This document shows positions 1 to 9,764 of a DNA stretch of 64,000 bases, in pieces. The position numbers were made by a program, and so were the translations under genes. Every line of letters starts with the position of its first letter. Positions within the stretch are counted from its first letter, which is position 1. The notes under the pieces are model-generated. The model saw only the letters and a program-made list of their open reading frames with translations. It did not search any database and was not told where the DNA came from. The stretch comes from Polyangiaceae bacterium (lineage in GTDB: Bacteria > Myxococcota_A > Polyangia > Polyangiales > Polyangiaceae): positions 320,001 through 384,000 of the forward strand of contig JBNKBE010000002.1 in NCBI GenBank assembly GCA_050287085.1, read 5' to 3'.

Positions 1-1
1 C

Positions 2-385
2 GCGCTCAAGGCCGCAGAGACAGGGCACCTCGTGCTCAGCACTCTGCACACCCCCGACGTGCAGCGCACGATGAACCGAATCGTCTCTCTGTCGTCAGGG
101 GACGACCTCAGAGAAAGGGTCGCTGACGCGCTGCAGGGAATCATCGCACAGCGTTTGATCCCGCGAGCGGACGGCCCCCAGATGGTGCTAGCCGCTGAGG
201 TTTTGATCGCTACCGGGTCTGTTCGCGAGACCCTCAAGCGTCCCGTGGGCAATCCCTCGCTGAAGGAGCTGATGGAGGGCGGAGGGCATCCTTACGGCAT
301 GCAGACCTTTGAGAAGCATATCAAACAGTTGGTTCGGGACGGACTCATCACGCGGGAAGCCGCGCGGGTGGCGCTATCGTTCTAG
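2..385 (+). CDS. pilT: PilT/PilU-family type IV pilus retraction ATPase, C-terminal part (5' end outside window)
   Basis: Frame from nt 2 reads ALKAAETGHLVLSTLHT (His box), then IIAQRLIPR, AAEVLI and GMQTF. Paralog identity is uncertain. Confidence 0.85.
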   Translation, partial: ALKAAETGHLVLSTLHTPDVQRTMNRIVSLSSGDDLRERVADALQGIIAQRLIPRADGPQMVLAAEVLIATGSVRETLKRPVGNPSLKELMEGGGHPYGMQTFEKHIKQLVRDGLITREAARVALSF

Positions 386-512
386 GGGAGCGGAGGGAGC
401 GCGCTCGCCGTGGGGGGCTCCGAGGGGGTGATGGCTGCCGGGCGCTCCTCGGGAGAGGGGCACCGGAAAGGGTTGTCGAGCGCTTGACAAGCCGTGTAAG
501 ACCCGTCGGGCC

Positions 513-1481
513 ATGGGTTCAAACCTAAGATACGATTGGAGCGTGGAGCAGGCGCTGGCCCTCTATCGACTTCCCCTTTTCGAGCTGGTTGATCGCGCGC
601 GCGCCGTCCATCTGGAGGCCCATCCGAGGAGCGAGGTGCAACTGTGTGCGCTTCTCAGTGTGAAGACTGGGGGCTGCCCGGAGAATTGCGCCTACTGTCC
701 GCAGTCGGCTCATTATGAGACGGAGGTGGGCCGTGAAGAGATGCTCGACGTGCCGGCGGTACTGGATGCAGCGCGGAGCGCAGCGAGCCAGGGCGCAACG
801 CGCTTCTGCATGGGGGCCGCGTGGCGAGAAGTGCGCGATGGGGCGCAATTCGAGAGCGTTCTGGAGATGGTAAAGGGCGTCAAGGCGCTTGGTCTCGAGG
901 CCTGTTGCACCCTGGGAATGCTCAAGCCGCATCAGGCCGAGCAGCTCAAGGCTGCGGGGTTGGACGCCTACAACCACAACATCGATACCTCGCCGTCGCA
1001 CTATCGCTCGATCATCACCACCCGAACGCAGGAGCAGCGTTTTGAGACCCTCCGCCACGTTCGAGCCGCGGGGATCACGATTTGCTCCGGGGGGATCATT
1101 GGAATGGGGGAGAGCGATGAGGATCGCTGCGCCATGTTGGTGCAGTTGGCTCGGCTTCAGCCTCATCCCGAAAGCGTGCCGATCAATGCCCTGGTGAGAG
1201 TTGAGGGCACGCCGCTTGCCGAGCTGCCGCCGGTCGATGGCACCGAGCTTGTCCGCATGGTGGCTGCAGCCCGCATCATGATGCCCCGTTCTCGCGTTCG
1301 CTTGAGTGCTGGCCGTCAAGCGCTCGACCGAGGTTCGCAGTTGCTCTGCTTGTACGCGGGGGCCAATAGCATCTTCTACGGTGAGAAGTTGCTCACGACG
1401 GCAAACCCGGAAGCAGCAGCCGATCGTGCCATGCTCGCGGACGCCGGCCTCGGCATCAGCGCACCAACGCCCGCTGGCTAA
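513..1481 (+). CDS. bioB: Biotin synthase (radical SAM)
   Basis: [15 protein letters not shown] (CxxxCxxC), [42 protein letters not shown]. Confidence 0.97.
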   Translation: MGSNLRYDWSVEQALALYRLPLFELVDRARAVHLEAHPRSEVQLCALLSVKTGGCPENCAYCPQSAHYETEVGREEMLDVPAVLDAARSAASQGATRFCMGAAWREVRDGAQFESVLEMVKGVKALGLEACCTLGMLKPHQAEQLKAAGLDAYNHNIDTSPSHYRSIITTRTQEQRFETLRHVRAAGITICSGGIIGMGESDEDRCAMLVQLARLQPHPESVPINALVRVEGTPLAELPPVDGTELVRMVAAARIMMPRSRVRLSAGRQALDRGSQLLCLYAGANSIFYGEKLLTTANPEAAADRAMLADAGLGISAPTPAG

Positions 1482-1601
1482 GGCGGGAAAGTCGTATTAC
1501 GCCGGCCGATCCCCTTGCTGCGGCGGGCGGGGCCGGTCTCGACCGGCTCGCGACTGACTTTCCAATCGGCGGGCCCCGAGTGTCGGTGGCGCAACCGCCC
1601 A

Positions 1602-1646
1602 GCGAGCAGGCACCCCGCGAGCCGGTACGGGGCGAGCCGGTACGGC
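1602..1646. repeat. Three imperfect 15-bp tandem repeats (gcgagccggtacggg) between convergent genes
   Basis: gcgagcaggcacccc / gcgagccggtacggg / gcgagccggtacggc, read directly. Confidence 0.75.
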
Positions 1647-1651
1647 GCCGG

Positions 1652-2719
1652 CTACGCTTTGAGCTGGCGACGTCTCAGCTGTACCAGCCCCAGGAGGCCG
1701 AGGGCGCCCCACCACCAGCTATGTGTGGTTGAACTCTTCTGGACGGGGTTGCCCCCGGCGTCGAGCTCGGCGCTCGGGGGAGTGCTGAGCTCGCAGCTGA
1801 GCTTCGCAGGCTTTTCAGTCGAGCCGCAGAATCGCGAAAAGCCGCCGAAAGGGCGTGCCCCGACGCACGATGGCTCGCCTCCCGGGGGGTAGAGCGCGCA
1901 GATCGCCGAGGCATCGTCGTCCGAAAGCAGTCGCAGCGTCTTGTTGTCGATGTCGTAGTAGGCATACATCGTCGAACGCTCGAGGCTTGAGTGCGCCAGC
2001 CCCAGGAAGTGTCCGACCTCGTGGGTGAGGACGGTCTGGAGATCTGCCTTGACGTTGGTATCGGTAGTGGTCAGCTCCAGCCCGAACGAATTGACTTCGA
2101 TGTCGGCGTCGAGGAGCGCCCCCGTTCTGGGGTCGTAGGTGAGAGTCGTGAGCGCGATGGCGTCCTCGTCGTGGGTCCAGGACTCGTCGCGAAATACGAT
2201 CACGTTGGCGTTGGGCGAGGTCGGAAAGAATGCGGCTTCGTCGCAGTAGATCTTTCCGAGTCGGGATGCCGCCAAGAAGGGTGTTGCACCGTCGCCGCAG
2301 TCGGCGCTTATCCAAGAGCGAAAGGCCCGAGCCGCGATGCGTTCAGCCTCCTCGAAACCGATGCGGCGCTTGACCGAGCCGTCGGCGTGGACGCCGAATG
2401 TGACGCACTCTTCGGGCCAGAACAGTGGCAGCCCGGTGATCGAGCAGCCTTGGTCGTCGCCGGGGCATGGCGTGTGACGGCTGTCGCAAGTCGTGGCCAA
2501 GCAATAAGCCTCCGCGCGATGGGTCACGGCCGTGGCCCCGAGCGCGACCAGGGCGCTCGCACCCAGTCTTCTGACCCGCGGTGTTACCCGCAGGGCGTTT
2601 CTTGCTGGTCGCCGAGGGGCCTTCGGCTCGCGGTGATGCGGCATCCATGGGCTCTCCGAAGCTTCCAACTGGGGGTGGAGACCCGTGGGAACGCTCGCGA
2701 TGTCGTTTTGGTGGCTCAT
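1652..2719 (-). CDS. Matrixin (M10-like) zinc metalloprotease with a MYXO-CTERM-like C-terminal sorting tail
   Basis: HEVGHFLGLAHS (HExxHxxGxxH), STMY Met-turn, DADIEVN. C-terminal SC...WWWGALGLLGLVQLRRR. Start overlaps the upstream stop (ATGA). Confidence 0.85.
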   Translation of the reverse strand: MSHQNDIASVPTGLHPQLEASESPWMPHHREPKAPRRPARNALRVTPRVRRLGASALVALGATAVTHRAEAYCLATTCDSRHTPCPGDDQGCSITGLPLFWPEECVTFGVHADGSVKRRIGFEEAERIAARAFRSWISADCGDGATPFLAASRLGKIYCDEAAFFPTSPNANVIVFRDESWTHDEDAIALTTLTYDPRTGALLDADIEVNSFGLELTTTDTNVKADLQTVLTHEVGHFLGLAHSSLERSTMYAYYDIDNKTLRLLSDDDASAICALYPPGGEPSCVGARPFGGFSRFCGSTEKPAKLSCELSTPPSAELDAGGNPVQKSSTTHSWWWGALGLLGLVQLRRRQLKA

Positions 2720-3360
2720 TGGACTTGAACACCCGCCAGCATTCGCTCGCAGTCCGCAACCGTGCGCCCGCTCAGGCGGCTTACCGCGGATTGGGGATCG
2801 TTTTTCACCAACATGTCGAGGCCGGGGCTTGCGCTCAGTCGATAGGCGCCGGAGCTGTCAGCGGTGAGCGGGTAGTGCCCCTGGGCCATCGCCGTGACCG
2901 CAAAGGCTCCGCTCGAGGTTTGGCGCAAGAAGAGCACCGACGGCCCCCCCGGTCCGAGCGGGGCTTCTCCTAACACCCGCTGCCCGACGTCGCCCACAAC
3001 ACCACCCAGTGTTCGCACAAACGGCTCACCGGCGGCGGATGACTTGTCCCCGACGCTCTGTTGCACTTCAAGCTGGTGGTAGCTGACGATCCGGCGCTCC
3101 GTGCCGTCGTTCTCCCATTGGGCATGGCTAGAGCGTATCGTGGCTACAACCACCAGTTCGCTGCGAGCTACCAGCGCTTCCAGGGGGATGGCCCGCGCCG
3201 CGCCAGCCCGGGCGTCATGCCCTCGGGTGCCAGCAGCATAACCGAGCAAGGCACCTGCCGCCGGAAGCCACCTTGCTGAAGCCAGGTGACCTCCACTCGC
3301 GAGCGCGGCGCAAAGGCCGGCTAGCCAATCCCGACGTCCACAACACTCCGATTCCCACAT
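2716..3360 (-). CDS. Exported hypothetical protein coupled to the matrixin; possible TIMP/OB-like fold
   Basis: GRRDWL twin-Arg-like leader; LEALVARSELVVVATI...VRTLGG...SVLFL pattern. Start at ATG 3360 is estimated. Confidence 0.65.
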   Translation of the reverse strand: MWESECCGRRDWLAGLCAALASGGHLASARWLPAAGALLGYAAGTRGHDARAGAARAIPLEALVARSELVVVATIRSSHAQWENDGTERRIVSYHQLEVQQSVGDKSSAAGEPFVRTLGGVVGDVGQRVLGEAPLGPGGPSVLFLRQTSSGAFAVTAMAQGHYPLTADSSGAYRLSASPGLDMLVKNDPQSAVSRLSGRTVADCERMLAGVQVQ

Positions 3361-3497
3361 CTCGTGCTGGTGTAACACAGACTGAAGTGGGGGTGCCAGA
3401 ACAGTTCGTTTGTGTCGCACTCGCTCTCCATCCGGTGAAACAAGTGCTCGACATTCGGCCGCGGACGCGTACGTTGCGACCTATTCGGACCCGCACG

Positions 3498-6188
3498 ATG
3501 CTCTCCAAGTCCCAGCCTGCGGCAGGCGAAAAAAAGGCAAGCGAGCTTCCACTCCTGGAGCGGCTTTCAGACAAATTGCTGCCTGAACTGAAGGTTTACA
3601 TCGAGCGCCACCGCGGCCAGGTACAGGCGATGGTCGGGGAGGCTTCAGAGCATAGCGGGCTCGAGGCTTCCGGCCGCTACGCCCGGGTTATCGACGGCCT
3701 CTTGTCGGCAGTATTCCTCGCCGCCAAGACGGCGCAGACACAGGTGGGCTCCTGGTGTCCGGTTGCGCTTTCCGCCGTTGGCAGCTATGCGCGGTGCACG
3801 CTCTCGCTGTACAGCGATTTGGACGTTCGCCTGGTGGTGGATGCGGCGCCCGAGGCGGCGCAGCAAACCGCCGAGGCCTTGCTCTATCCGCTGTGGGACG
3901 CGGGGCTGTCGGTAGGCCATCAGGTGGTCAACGCCCGTGAAGTCGTCGAGTTGGCTCGCACCGACCTCCCCACTGCGACGTCGATCCTCGACTACCGTTT
4001 TCTAGCTGGCGAACGCCGCTTGGATGAGAGCTTCCGTCAGCAGGTCTACGAGGCTGTGTTTGGGCCACACGACATCGCCAGTTTTCTTGAGATGTTGGCA
4101 AATGCCGTCGAAAAGCGAAAAGAGCGCTTTGGCGGTAGCGTGTTTCTGCTCGAACCGGACATCAAGAATGGGGCCGGAGGGCTACGAGACCTCGATGTGG
4201 CAGGTTGGGCAACCCGTGCTCGCTGGCGGGTTGATTCGATCGAGGATCTAGTAGGGCTCGGGGTGCTGTTGCCGGAGGAGTGGAATGAACTCTCCGCAGC
4301 ACGCAACTTCATTATCCGCCTTCGCAACGTGCTGCACCTACATCTGCGCCGGCGCGTTGATCGTCTCGGCTTCTTGGAGCAGGAGGCACTGTGCGCGAGT
4401 CTCGGCTACGGTCAAGGTGGGGCGGCCGTGGAAAGCTTGATGAGCGACTACTACCGACATGCTCGGGAGATCGAGCGTGCTTCGGAGATCATCTTGCACC
4501 GCGCGGTGCCGCCCCCCTCGCATCGGCCTTCCGAGCGGCGCCTCAGAAACGGACTTGTCGTTGCCGGTGACAAGCTGCGATTCGGGGATCCGGACCATAT
4601 CTTCATCGAGCCTTCGCTGGTGTTTACCCTCTATGAAGAGGCGATAACCCGTGGTTGTCGCGTTAGCAACGGTAGCCGACGTGCCATTTCCAGGGCCGTC
4701 ACCAGCGAGGCGTTTTGCGAGCAGCTACGGGCCGATCCGATGGCGTGTCGCGTATTTCGGCGCCTCGTTTGCACCTGGAAGCAAACGCGCTTCAAGTACG
4801 GTTCGGTGCTGGTCGAGATGCACGACGTCGGTCTTCTGCTGGCGATGATTCCGGAGTTTGCTCCGGTTGTTGGACGGGTGCATCACGACGTATACCACGT
4901 CTACACTGTGGATGTTCACTCCATTGCGGCGGTGGACTACTTGCGTTCAATCTATCAGGGGGCAGCGCAGGAGGTCTTGGGTCGCGAAGTGGTTGACCAG
5001 ATCGAACGTCACCAGGTCCTCTTCTTTGCGACCTTGCTGCACGATATCGGCAAGGATGTGGGGGGGCGTCAGCACGCAGAGCGTGGCGCCGATCTTGCGG
5101 CCATCATCAGTGCGCGTCTCCATTTCGACCCGGGTGAGGTCGAGGCCATCTCGCATCTCATTCGCCAGCACCTTGTGTTGTATCTGACGGCGACGCGGCG
5201 TGATATTGACGACCCGAAGACGTTGCACCAGATCTCTGATAAGGTGCTCGGCTTGCGCGGGTTGCGGGAGCTATACTTACTGACGCTCGCCGATGTGGCG
5301 ACAACAAGTCCAGGTACGCTGAATCCGTGGAAGCGGCGCATGCTCGACGAGCTCTATCTTCGTGCTGAAAGCTGGCTGAGAGAAGGCGGGCCGTCCGCGA
5401 GCAATGACGAACTGCGTGGTCGAGCTTTGCGCTTGCTGCCTGAGTCGGTACCACGACACTTTGCTGAGCGCTTCACGACGGCGCTTCCGGATCGCTACAT
5501 CACGGCCAACTCGCCGACGAATATTGCCAAACACATCACGTTCGCGTTCGAGAGCGCAGAGTCGGCTGCCGCCATGCGTGTGCTTCGGCGCGAGGGGACC
5601 CACGTTGAGATTGCAGTCGTCGCAGATGACCGCGCGGGGCTCCTGGCGGCGATCTGTGCGGTGCTCAGCATGCGCAAGCTGAAGGTCGTTGCCGCACAAG
5701 TTTACTCCGCTTCTTTTGGCGGGGAGCGTAAGCGCGCGTTCGACTGCTTCTGGGTTCACGCGGGAAGCAACGCCGAAGAAGTCGAGGGCGCAGCCGAGCA
5801 GATGAGCGAGCAGCTGGTGGCCGTGCTGGATGGCACGTTGGACGTGCGAGCGCGCATGGGCTCGGCGGCGCCCGACCGCTGGTCTCAGCGTCCGGCGCCG
5901 GCAATCCCCGTGGAAGTGCGCATCGACCATCAAGAGGCGTCGGCGCATACGATTGTGGAGGTCATCTCCAAGGATCGCAGCGACCTTCTGTATTGGATCG
6001 CCGAAACAATTCACCGTCTTGGCTACAGCATCGAATTGGCAAAGATTCACACCGAAGGACATCGCGTAACCGACGTGTTCTATGTGCGAACGCAAACCGG
6101 TGGGAAGCTGGAGCCGGGCGCGGAGACCGAACGCTTCTGCTCCGCTCTAGGGGAGGTATTGGCGCGGCTTGACGAAAGCAAGCGCTGA
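3498..6188 (+). CDS. glnD: [Protein-PII] uridylyltransferase / uridylyl-removing enzyme
   Basis: NTase AVGSYAR...YSDLDV, LEPDIKNGAGGLRD, HD domain (HVYTVDVH, LLHDIGK) and two C-terminal ACT domains. Start is estimated. Confidence 0.93.
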   Translation: MLSKSQPAAGEKKASELPLLERLSDKLLPELKVYIERHRGQVQAMVGEASEHSGLEASGRYARVIDGLLSAVFLAAKTAQTQVGSWCPVALSAVGSYARCTLSLYSDLDVRLVVDAAPEAAQQTAEALLYPLWDAGLSVGHQVVNAREVVELARTDLPTATSILDYRFLAGERRLDESFRQQVYEAVFGPHDIASFLEMLANAVEKRKERFGGSVFLLEPDIKNGAGGLRDLDVAGWATRARWRVDSIEDLVGLGVLLPEEWNELSAARNFIIRLRNVLHLHLRRRVDRLGFLEQEALCASLGYGQGGAAVESLMSDYYRHAREIERASEIILHRAVPPPSHRPSERRLRNGLVVAGDKLRFGDPDHIFIEPSLVFTLYEEAITRGCRVSNGSRRAISRAVTSEAFCEQLRADPMACRVFRRLVCTWKQTRFKYGSVLVEMHDVGLLLAMIPEFAPVVGRVHHDVYHVYTVDVHSIAAVDYLRSIYQGAAQEVLGREVVDQIERHQVLFFATLLHDIGKDVGGRQHAERGADLAAIISARLHFDPGEVEAISHLIRQHLVLYLTATRRDIDDPKTLHQISDKVLGLRGLRELYLLTLADVATTSPGTLNPWKRRMLDELYLRAESWLREGGPSASNDELRGRALRLLPESVPRHFAERFTTALPDRYITANSPTNIAKHITFAFESAESAAAMRVLRREGTHVEIAVVADDRAGLLAAICAVLSMRKLKVVAAQVYSASFGGERKRAFDCFWVHAGSNAEEVEGAAEQMSEQLVAVLDGTLDVRARMGSAAPDRWSQRPAPAIPVEVRIDHQEASAHTIVEVISKDRSDLLYWIAETIHRLGYSIELAKIHTEGHRVTDVFYVRTQTGGKLEPGAETERFCSALGEVLARLDESKR

Positions 6189-6324
6189 GGATTGGGGCGG
6201 TGTGTAGGTGCCGGACCCTGGCAACGCTGAGGGTGGCTACACGGGGCTTGATACTGACACACGGTTTTTGCGAGGCTCTCGTGAACGGTTCTTGAAGGCT
6301 TTGAGCCAGTGGGTGGAGTAGGTG

Positions 6325-7323
6325 ATGAAGAAGACAGGACTTATGCTGGTTGGGGTTTGGGCGATGGCCTGTGGAGGCGCGAAGCCTGAAGCGAATACCG
6401 CCAAGGATGTCTCGACCCCAGCCGATGAGAGCGAGTTGTTGGCCGATGCGGACTCAGAGGCCCGCGCGCCAGCGTCCAGCAGCGCCGTGAAACAAGGCAT
6501 TACGGCCATAGAGGCTGGCGATTTTGCGCGAGCTGAGACGGTTCTCTTGGGCGCCGTCGCCGAGGATGCTGCGGATCCACAGGCCGCTTTCTACCTGGGG
6601 GTAGCTCAAGCCGGACTGGGCAAGAACGAGGAGGCGGTCTCGTCCTTGCAGCGTGCCTTGAAGTTGCAGCCGGTGTTTCAAGAGGCCAGTCTGAACCTGT
6701 CGGCGCTGCTCCTCGATGCGGGGGAAGAGGCGGAGGCGTTGCGAGTTGTTGACGCGGCACTGGCCGCCGACCCCAAGGCGACGGCGCTCATTCACAACAA
6801 GGCTCTGGCACTGCTCCAGCTTGGCAAGCCCGATGAGGCCGCTCGGCTTTTTGAAGCCGTCATTGCCGAAGGCCCCGCCAGCGACGAGGTGCGCTTCTTG
6901 TACGCTCAAAGCCTGCTTCAGGCCGGCGAGACCGAGCCGGCGCTAGCAGAGCTGCGCAAGCTGTTGGGTTCGGAATCGGTTGAAGTCTTGGCCTCCGTGG
7001 CTGACCTATTCGGTCGGCTCAAGCAATGGCCTGATTGCGTGAGTGCGCTGGACCGGGCGATTGCAAAGCGCGACGCGTCCGAGCTGCACGTCAAACGGGG
7101 CTTGTGCCTCCATGGGGCGAGCGACGAAGGCGAGGCAAAACTCGCGTTCGAGCGGGCCATCGCTTTGGATCCAAAGTCTGCGAGCGCCCATTTCTATCTC
7201 GGGCACAATCTGCGCGCGAGTGGCGACAAGCGCGCTGCCAAGTCAGCCTTTCTGCAAGCCGCGGAGCTGGCGGGCGAGTCCAAGATGGGCCAGGCAGCGC
7301 GAGCCGCCGCTGAGAAGCTCTGA
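6325..7323 (+). CDS. Tetratricopeptide-repeat lipoprotein
   Basis: Signal peptide ending WAMAC; repeated TPR motifs (AAFYLGVA, AHFYLGHN). Confidence 0.85.
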   Translation: MKKTGLMLVGVWAMACGGAKPEANTAKDVSTPADESELLADADSEARAPASSSAVKQGITAIEAGDFARAETVLLGAVAEDAADPQAAFYLGVAQAGLGKNEEAVSSLQRALKLQPVFQEASLNLSALLLDAGEEAEALRVVDAALAADPKATALIHNKALALLQLGKPDEAARLFEAVIAEGPASDEVRFLYAQSLLQAGETEPALAELRKLLGSESVEVLASVADLFGRLKQWPDCVSALDRAIAKRDASELHVKRGLCLHGASDEGEAKLAFERAIALDPKSASAHFYLGHNLRASGDKRAAKSAFLQAAELAGESKMGQAARAAAEKL

Positions 7324-7444
7324 GCTATCGTGGGCTCGACGTCGGCGGTGGCGTGGGTTTGGGGCCCTCGAACGATCTCTCCTCGCGCGCCCGTCTCGCG
7401 GCGGTCTCGACCAGCTCGCGACGGGCCTTCCGAGCCGCGGGCCC

Positions 7445-8305
7445 TCAGAGCAAGAGGTCGAGGATACGGTCCAGTTCGTCGAGGTTCGCATAACGCACCA
7501 CGATTTCCCCTTTGCCACTCTTGTCGTTTAGCTGGCATCGGGTTCCCAACTTGCGACTCAGACGCTGCTCCAAGTCTCGCACGCTTGGGCTCTTGGCGCG
7601 CTCGGCCGGCTTTTCGCGCTTCAGGGCACGGACCTCAGCTTCGGTCTGGCGCACGCTGAGCTTGCGCCGCACTACCTCGTGCGCCAAGCGGATCATTGCG
7701 CCTTCACTGGGGGCGCCCAGCAGCGCCCGCGCGTGCCCTTCACTGAGGGAGCCCTGCACGACCAGCTCGCGCACCGCCGCGGGAAGCTTGAGGAGGCGTA
7801 GCGCGTTGGTGATGGTCGTTCGATCTTTGCTGACGACCTTGGCTAGCGTCTCTTGGGTGTGTCCGTGCTCGTCAATGAGGGCCTTGAGGGCGCTGGCGAA
7901 CTCGAGCGGATTGAGATCTTCGCGTTGTACGTTTTCGATCAGCGCGACCTCATAGGCCTGCTTGTCAGACAGGTCCTTGACGACGATCAGCGCCTCGCGC
8001 AGGCCAGCTCGCTGGCAGGCGCGCCAACGGCGCTCGCCCGCCACAATTTCGAAGTCGTCTTGCTTGGTCCGCCGAACGACGATGGGTTCGATCAAGCCGT
8101 GCTCGCGAATCGAGCTGGCCAATTCTTCGAGCGCAGTCTCTTCGAAATGGCGGCGCGGTTGCCCGCGGTTCGGGTGGATACGCTCGAGGGCGCAAAGAAA
8201 GGCGGGGCGACTTTCGAGCGCCTGTTGCGTGGGCGCCACCGCGGGGCGGGGCGAGCTTGGGAGGAGTGCGTCTAGGCCTCTTCCTAGGCCTCGCGGTTTG
8301 TTCAC
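7445..8305 (-). CDS. parB: Chromosome partitioning protein ParB/Spo0J
   Basis: GLGRGLDALL, QPRRHF, IVAGERRWRA, ALIENVQREDLNP, HTH, LSEGHARALL. GTG start overlaps the parA stop. Confidence 0.96.
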   Translation of the reverse strand: MNKPRGLGRGLDALLPSSPRPAVAPTQQALESRPAFLCALERIHPNRGQPRRHFEETALEELASSIREHGLIEPIVVRRTKQDDFEIVAGERRWRACQRAGLREALIVVKDLSDKQAYEVALIENVQREDLNPLEFASALKALIDEHGHTQETLAKVVSKDRTTITNALRLLKLPAAVRELVVQGSLSEGHARALLGAPSEGAMIRLAHEVVRRKLSVRQTEAEVRALKREKPAERAKSPSVRDLEQRLSRKLGTRCQLNDKSGKGEIVVRYANLDELDRILDLLL

Positions 8306-9075
8306 GCCGTATCGCCTTCGATCAGTTCCCGTGCAAGGCTCATATACGCCTGGGCGCCCTTGCACTGCACATCATATAACACCACCGGCAAGCCATGCGA
8401 AGGTGCCTCGCTGAGCCGAATGTTCCGCGGAACCACAGAGTTGAACACCCGGAAGTGCTTGCGGACCTCGTCAGCTACCTGATGGGCGAGGCGGTTGCGC
8501 GGGTCCCACATGGTGAGAACGAGCCCTTCGATCTTCAGGTTGGCGTTGAGCGTGCTCTTGACGCGATCGATAGTCGCCATCAGGTAGGAGATACCCTCCA
8601 GCGCGAAGTACTCGGGTTGGAGCGGCACGATCACCCGGTCTGCCGCAACCAGCACGTTCAGTGTCAGGACACCGAGAGACGGGGGCGAGTCTATGATGAT
8701 GTAGTCGAACTCTTCGGTCGCTTGGGTGTGCAGCAGCTGGCGCAGGTGAGAGCCGCGTTCGTCGCCGTCGAATAGTTCGTATTCTACCGCGGTTAGATGC
8801 TGGCTTGCAGGGGCGACCTTGAGGGCGTCGATTGCCGTTTGAACGGTGATCTCCCGCAGGGTCTTCGTTCCGAGCAAGGCGTCGTAGACGGTGAACTCCA
8901 CAGAGTTGGGAGCAACGCCAACGCCGCTCGATGCGTTTGCCTGGGGGTCCAGATCGACGAGCAACGTGCTCTTCTCGGCGGCGGCGAGCGACGCTGCGAG
9001 GTTGATGGCGGTTGTGGTCTTGCCGACGCCACCCTTCTGGTTGGCGATGGCGATGACTTTGGCGCGGTGAGCCAT
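8302..9075 (-). CDS. parA: Chromosome partitioning ATPase ParA/Soj
   Basis: NQKGGVGKTTT deviant Walker A, DLDPQAN, IIDSPPSLG, EYFALEG, NIRLSEAPSHG. Confidence 0.96.
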   Translation of the reverse strand: MAHRAKVIAIANQKGGVGKTTTAINLAASLAAAEKSTLLVDLDPQANASSGVGVAPNSVEFTVYDALLGTKTLREITVQTAIDALKVAPASQHLTAVEYELFDGDERGSHLRQLLHTQATEEFDYIIIDSPPSLGVLTLNVLVAADRVIVPLQPEYFALEGISYLMATIDRVKSTLNANLKIEGLVLTMWDPRNRLAHQVADEVRKHFRVFNSVVPRNIRLSEAPSHGLPVVLYDVQCKGAQAYMSLARELIEGDTA

Positions 9076-9387
9076 GGGGAGGGGGTTCCTTATCTAAATC
9101 AAGCAGCAAACGCCCGATTTTTTGGACTCTCGCGAGGCTTCTCGTAGGGTGTGACCAATGTAGGTCTAGGTGGTTTTAGGTGAGTAAACAAGAAGTGGCG
9201 CCCAGGTTGGGCCGACGATTGGGGCTGAAGAGCGTACTTAGCTTTTCGGCGGATAGCGACGAAACCGGCGACCGCATTCTCGGACGCCGGTTCTGGAACC
9301 CCAATGAAGAGGGTGTTGCAGGACAGTCCGAGGGCCAGGTGATCTCCCTACTTGCTCGCAGGACCCTTGGAGGAGCTGAGAGTTACG

Positions 9388-9573
9388 ATGCATAGGTATA
9401 AGAATCTCGAAGACTTTACCCGCGAAAACATTCGTCCCGGGATGCGGGCTGGTTGGAGTTTGGACAACATTTCCGAACCACTGCCCGTCGAGCATGACTT
9501 TGATCTGGATCCCTTCGAGGCGGCGCTCCGCGCCGCCGAATACGAGGAGGACTTCGGCGACGACGAGTATTAG
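9388..9573 (+). CDS. Small acidic protein (61 aa), function unknown
   Basis: GGAGGAG upstream of ATG 9388; MHRYKNLEDFTRENIRPG...EYEEDFGDDEY; followed by a terminator. Confidence 0.65.
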   Translation: MHRYKNLEDFTRENIRPGMRAGWSLDNISEPLPVEHDFDLDPFEAALRAAEYEEDFGDDEY

Positions 9574-9603
9574 GCCGCTCCACGGGGCCGGCCCGGCAGA
9601 AAG

Positions 9604-9641
9604 TGGGTCTCTCGTTTCCCTGCGGGAGACCCATCTTTTTT
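9604..9641 (+). terminator. Intrinsic terminator
   Basis: tgggtctc...gagaccca stem followed by tctttttt. Confidence 0.7.
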
Positions 9642-9764
9642 GTTGGCGGGCGCGTCGCTCCGGCTGGACCCGAGCCACCCTTGATGCCTGGTCTTTCTGG
9701 TGATTGGGGCCATCCGGGAGGCTTGACCTTCCCTTCAGACCATGGCAGGCAAGCGCCTCCCAAA

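Noticed and set aside
9196..9211. Sigma54-like TGGCGCCCAGGTTGG upstream of the small ORF
   Set aside because: The -12 element lacks the conserved GC.
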